Shown one piece after another: positions 62,644 through 64,000 of a stretch of 64,000 nucleotides of DNA (the first letter of the stretch is position 1; the number at the start of each line of letters is the position of its first letter). Source of the stretch: Leucoraja erinacea (lineage: Eukaryota). A program made the position numbers and the translations under genes. The stretch lies in assembly GCF_028641065.1 (NCBI RefSeq), contig NC_073400.1, positions 15,066,001 to 15,130,000 of the forward strand, read 5' to 3'. The notes under the pieces were generated by a model, which was not told the origin of the DNA, did no database searches, and was given only the letters and a program-made list of their open reading frames with translations.

Positions 62644-63135
62644 TGGGCATTCCAGTGGTAGAATTACTGCCTTATAGCGCCTGGGCCCCAGGTTCGATCT
62701 CAGTTTGTACATTCTCACTGTGACTACGTGGGCTTTCTCTGGATGCTCCCGTTTCCTCCCACGTTCTAAAGATGTGCAGGTTTGGAGGTTAATTGGCTTC
62801 TTTGGCAAGACGACACAGTTGAGTGAAAATCAATTCTTTATTTAGAACGATAAACAAAGAGTTTCTTCTCAACCGCGTTCTCAGTCAGCAAAATACAACT
62901 AAGCTCCTTCTACGCGGGTGGAGCTCGACCGATTAACAATCCAAAAACCCGCAAAAACTTGCCCGCGGTCACGCGACCCAGCCAGTAGCGAGGGTTCATG
63001 TTGCCCCAAGCCACCACTAAGTGCCGCTACACTTCTGTAAATTGCCCCGGGTGTTTAGGATAGAACTAGTGTATGGGTGATCATCGGTCAGTGCAGAGTA
63101 GATGGGCAGAAGGGCCCATTTCCACACTGTACCTC
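62644..63135 (+). mobile_element. HE1/V-SINE interrupted by a solo LTR
   Basis: AATTGGCTTC|TGTAAATTGCCC is split by the insert. Confidence 0.8.
62801..63031 (-). mobile_element. Solo LTR (Gypsy-like), 231 bp
   Basis: Minus strand reads TGTAGCGGC...AATAAA (62847-62852)...TTGCCAAA, with the terminal CA mutated. 4-bp TSD CTTC (62797-62800 and 63032-63035). Confidence 0.75.
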
Positions 63136-64000
63136 CAAAAGAAGTTAAAATCTCTGGTTTAAGTTATAGAATCTCACTTGGCTCAACTGACAAACATTCG
63201 ATGAATACTTTAAATTCAAAATTAGTTTTAAGTGACAAGGATTTGGTGATCCCAATCAAAATACACAATGTGTTCAACGCAGTCACCTTTCACAATTGAC
63301 AATTAGAAAAGCAGTTTAATTATTTGCTCTCATTATGAGGAAATATCACCCCAGTGCAACAATGATTTAACTTTCAAAAGTAAAGTTATTTACGACCAGC
63401 AGAAGTCCGATAGTCACCATCCTCAATACAAATTATTGAATAGTTGTATCTATTTCTTTCAACCCATTATCCATAATCATTGTAAATGTTCCTCGGTTGC
63501 TTATTTCACGGTTCTTTTCTTACTTGAAGTTCGTATTCTCTCCTTGTTAAGATGCTTAAATACACATTACAATGAAGGGATGAGTTGTAGACAATGAACA
63601 TTGATCATGTAGGATATCTACACTTAAAATTCCAAGCACAAAATGAAACCACACTGAAAGGCTGTTTTTTAAGTTAAGAAACTCACGTTGCAATATGAAG
63701 TGCAGCACCAAGATGGGGAAAAATAAAAGTATAAATGGTAATGCTACAATACAAGTCTTTAGGTGCAGGTTTATTATTGTCATATGTATCTAGGTACTGG
63801 GAAAAGCTTTCCTTTGCATCCGATCCAAACAGATTAGATACGCCATATATAAATGCGATCGCGTCAAACTGAAGTACAATAGGTAGAGCGAAGGGGAAAG
63901 AGGGAAATGAAATGTGGACAATTAAAATTGATCTTCGCTGAAAATTAGGATATCTATGCTTAAAATTCCAAGCACAAAATGAAACTGCATTTAAAGGCTT

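Noticed and set aside
1-64000. CRISPR array or prokaryotic operon-type system
   Set aside because: There are no regularly spaced repeat-spacer units and no gene-dense coding sequence. All recurrent sequences are dispersed vertebrate transposable elements.

Overview
This window is eukaryotic and vertebrate. Its repeat content (HE1/V-SINE copies, HER1/CR1 tails, Penelope GIY-YIG fragments, Rex1/Babar LINEs) points to a cartilaginous fish, probably a skate or ray. I found no recognisable host protein-coding exon, tRNA or rRNA gene, so it is probably deep intron or gene desert. More than half of it is interspersed repeats, often nested, separated by AT-rich unique islands that may be regulatory. 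Main observations: (1) many Penelope-derived termini carry a minimal hammerhead-ribozyme motif, and several occur as stand-alone fold-back palindromes with one motif on each strand; (2) an 863-bp TIR element with a 7-bp TSD carries an outward-facing GC box, ATG, 11-codon exon and splice donor; (3) an orphan tandem C2H2 zinc-finger relic; (4) a teleost AFC-like SINE fragment nested in a Rex1 RT; (5) a non-autonomous Helitron next to a templated 245-bp duplication; (6) three Harbinger-type MITEs and a Gypsy-type solo LTR. Boundaries of decayed repeats are approximate (about 10-30 bp). Boundaries defined by a TSD or TIR were read directly.
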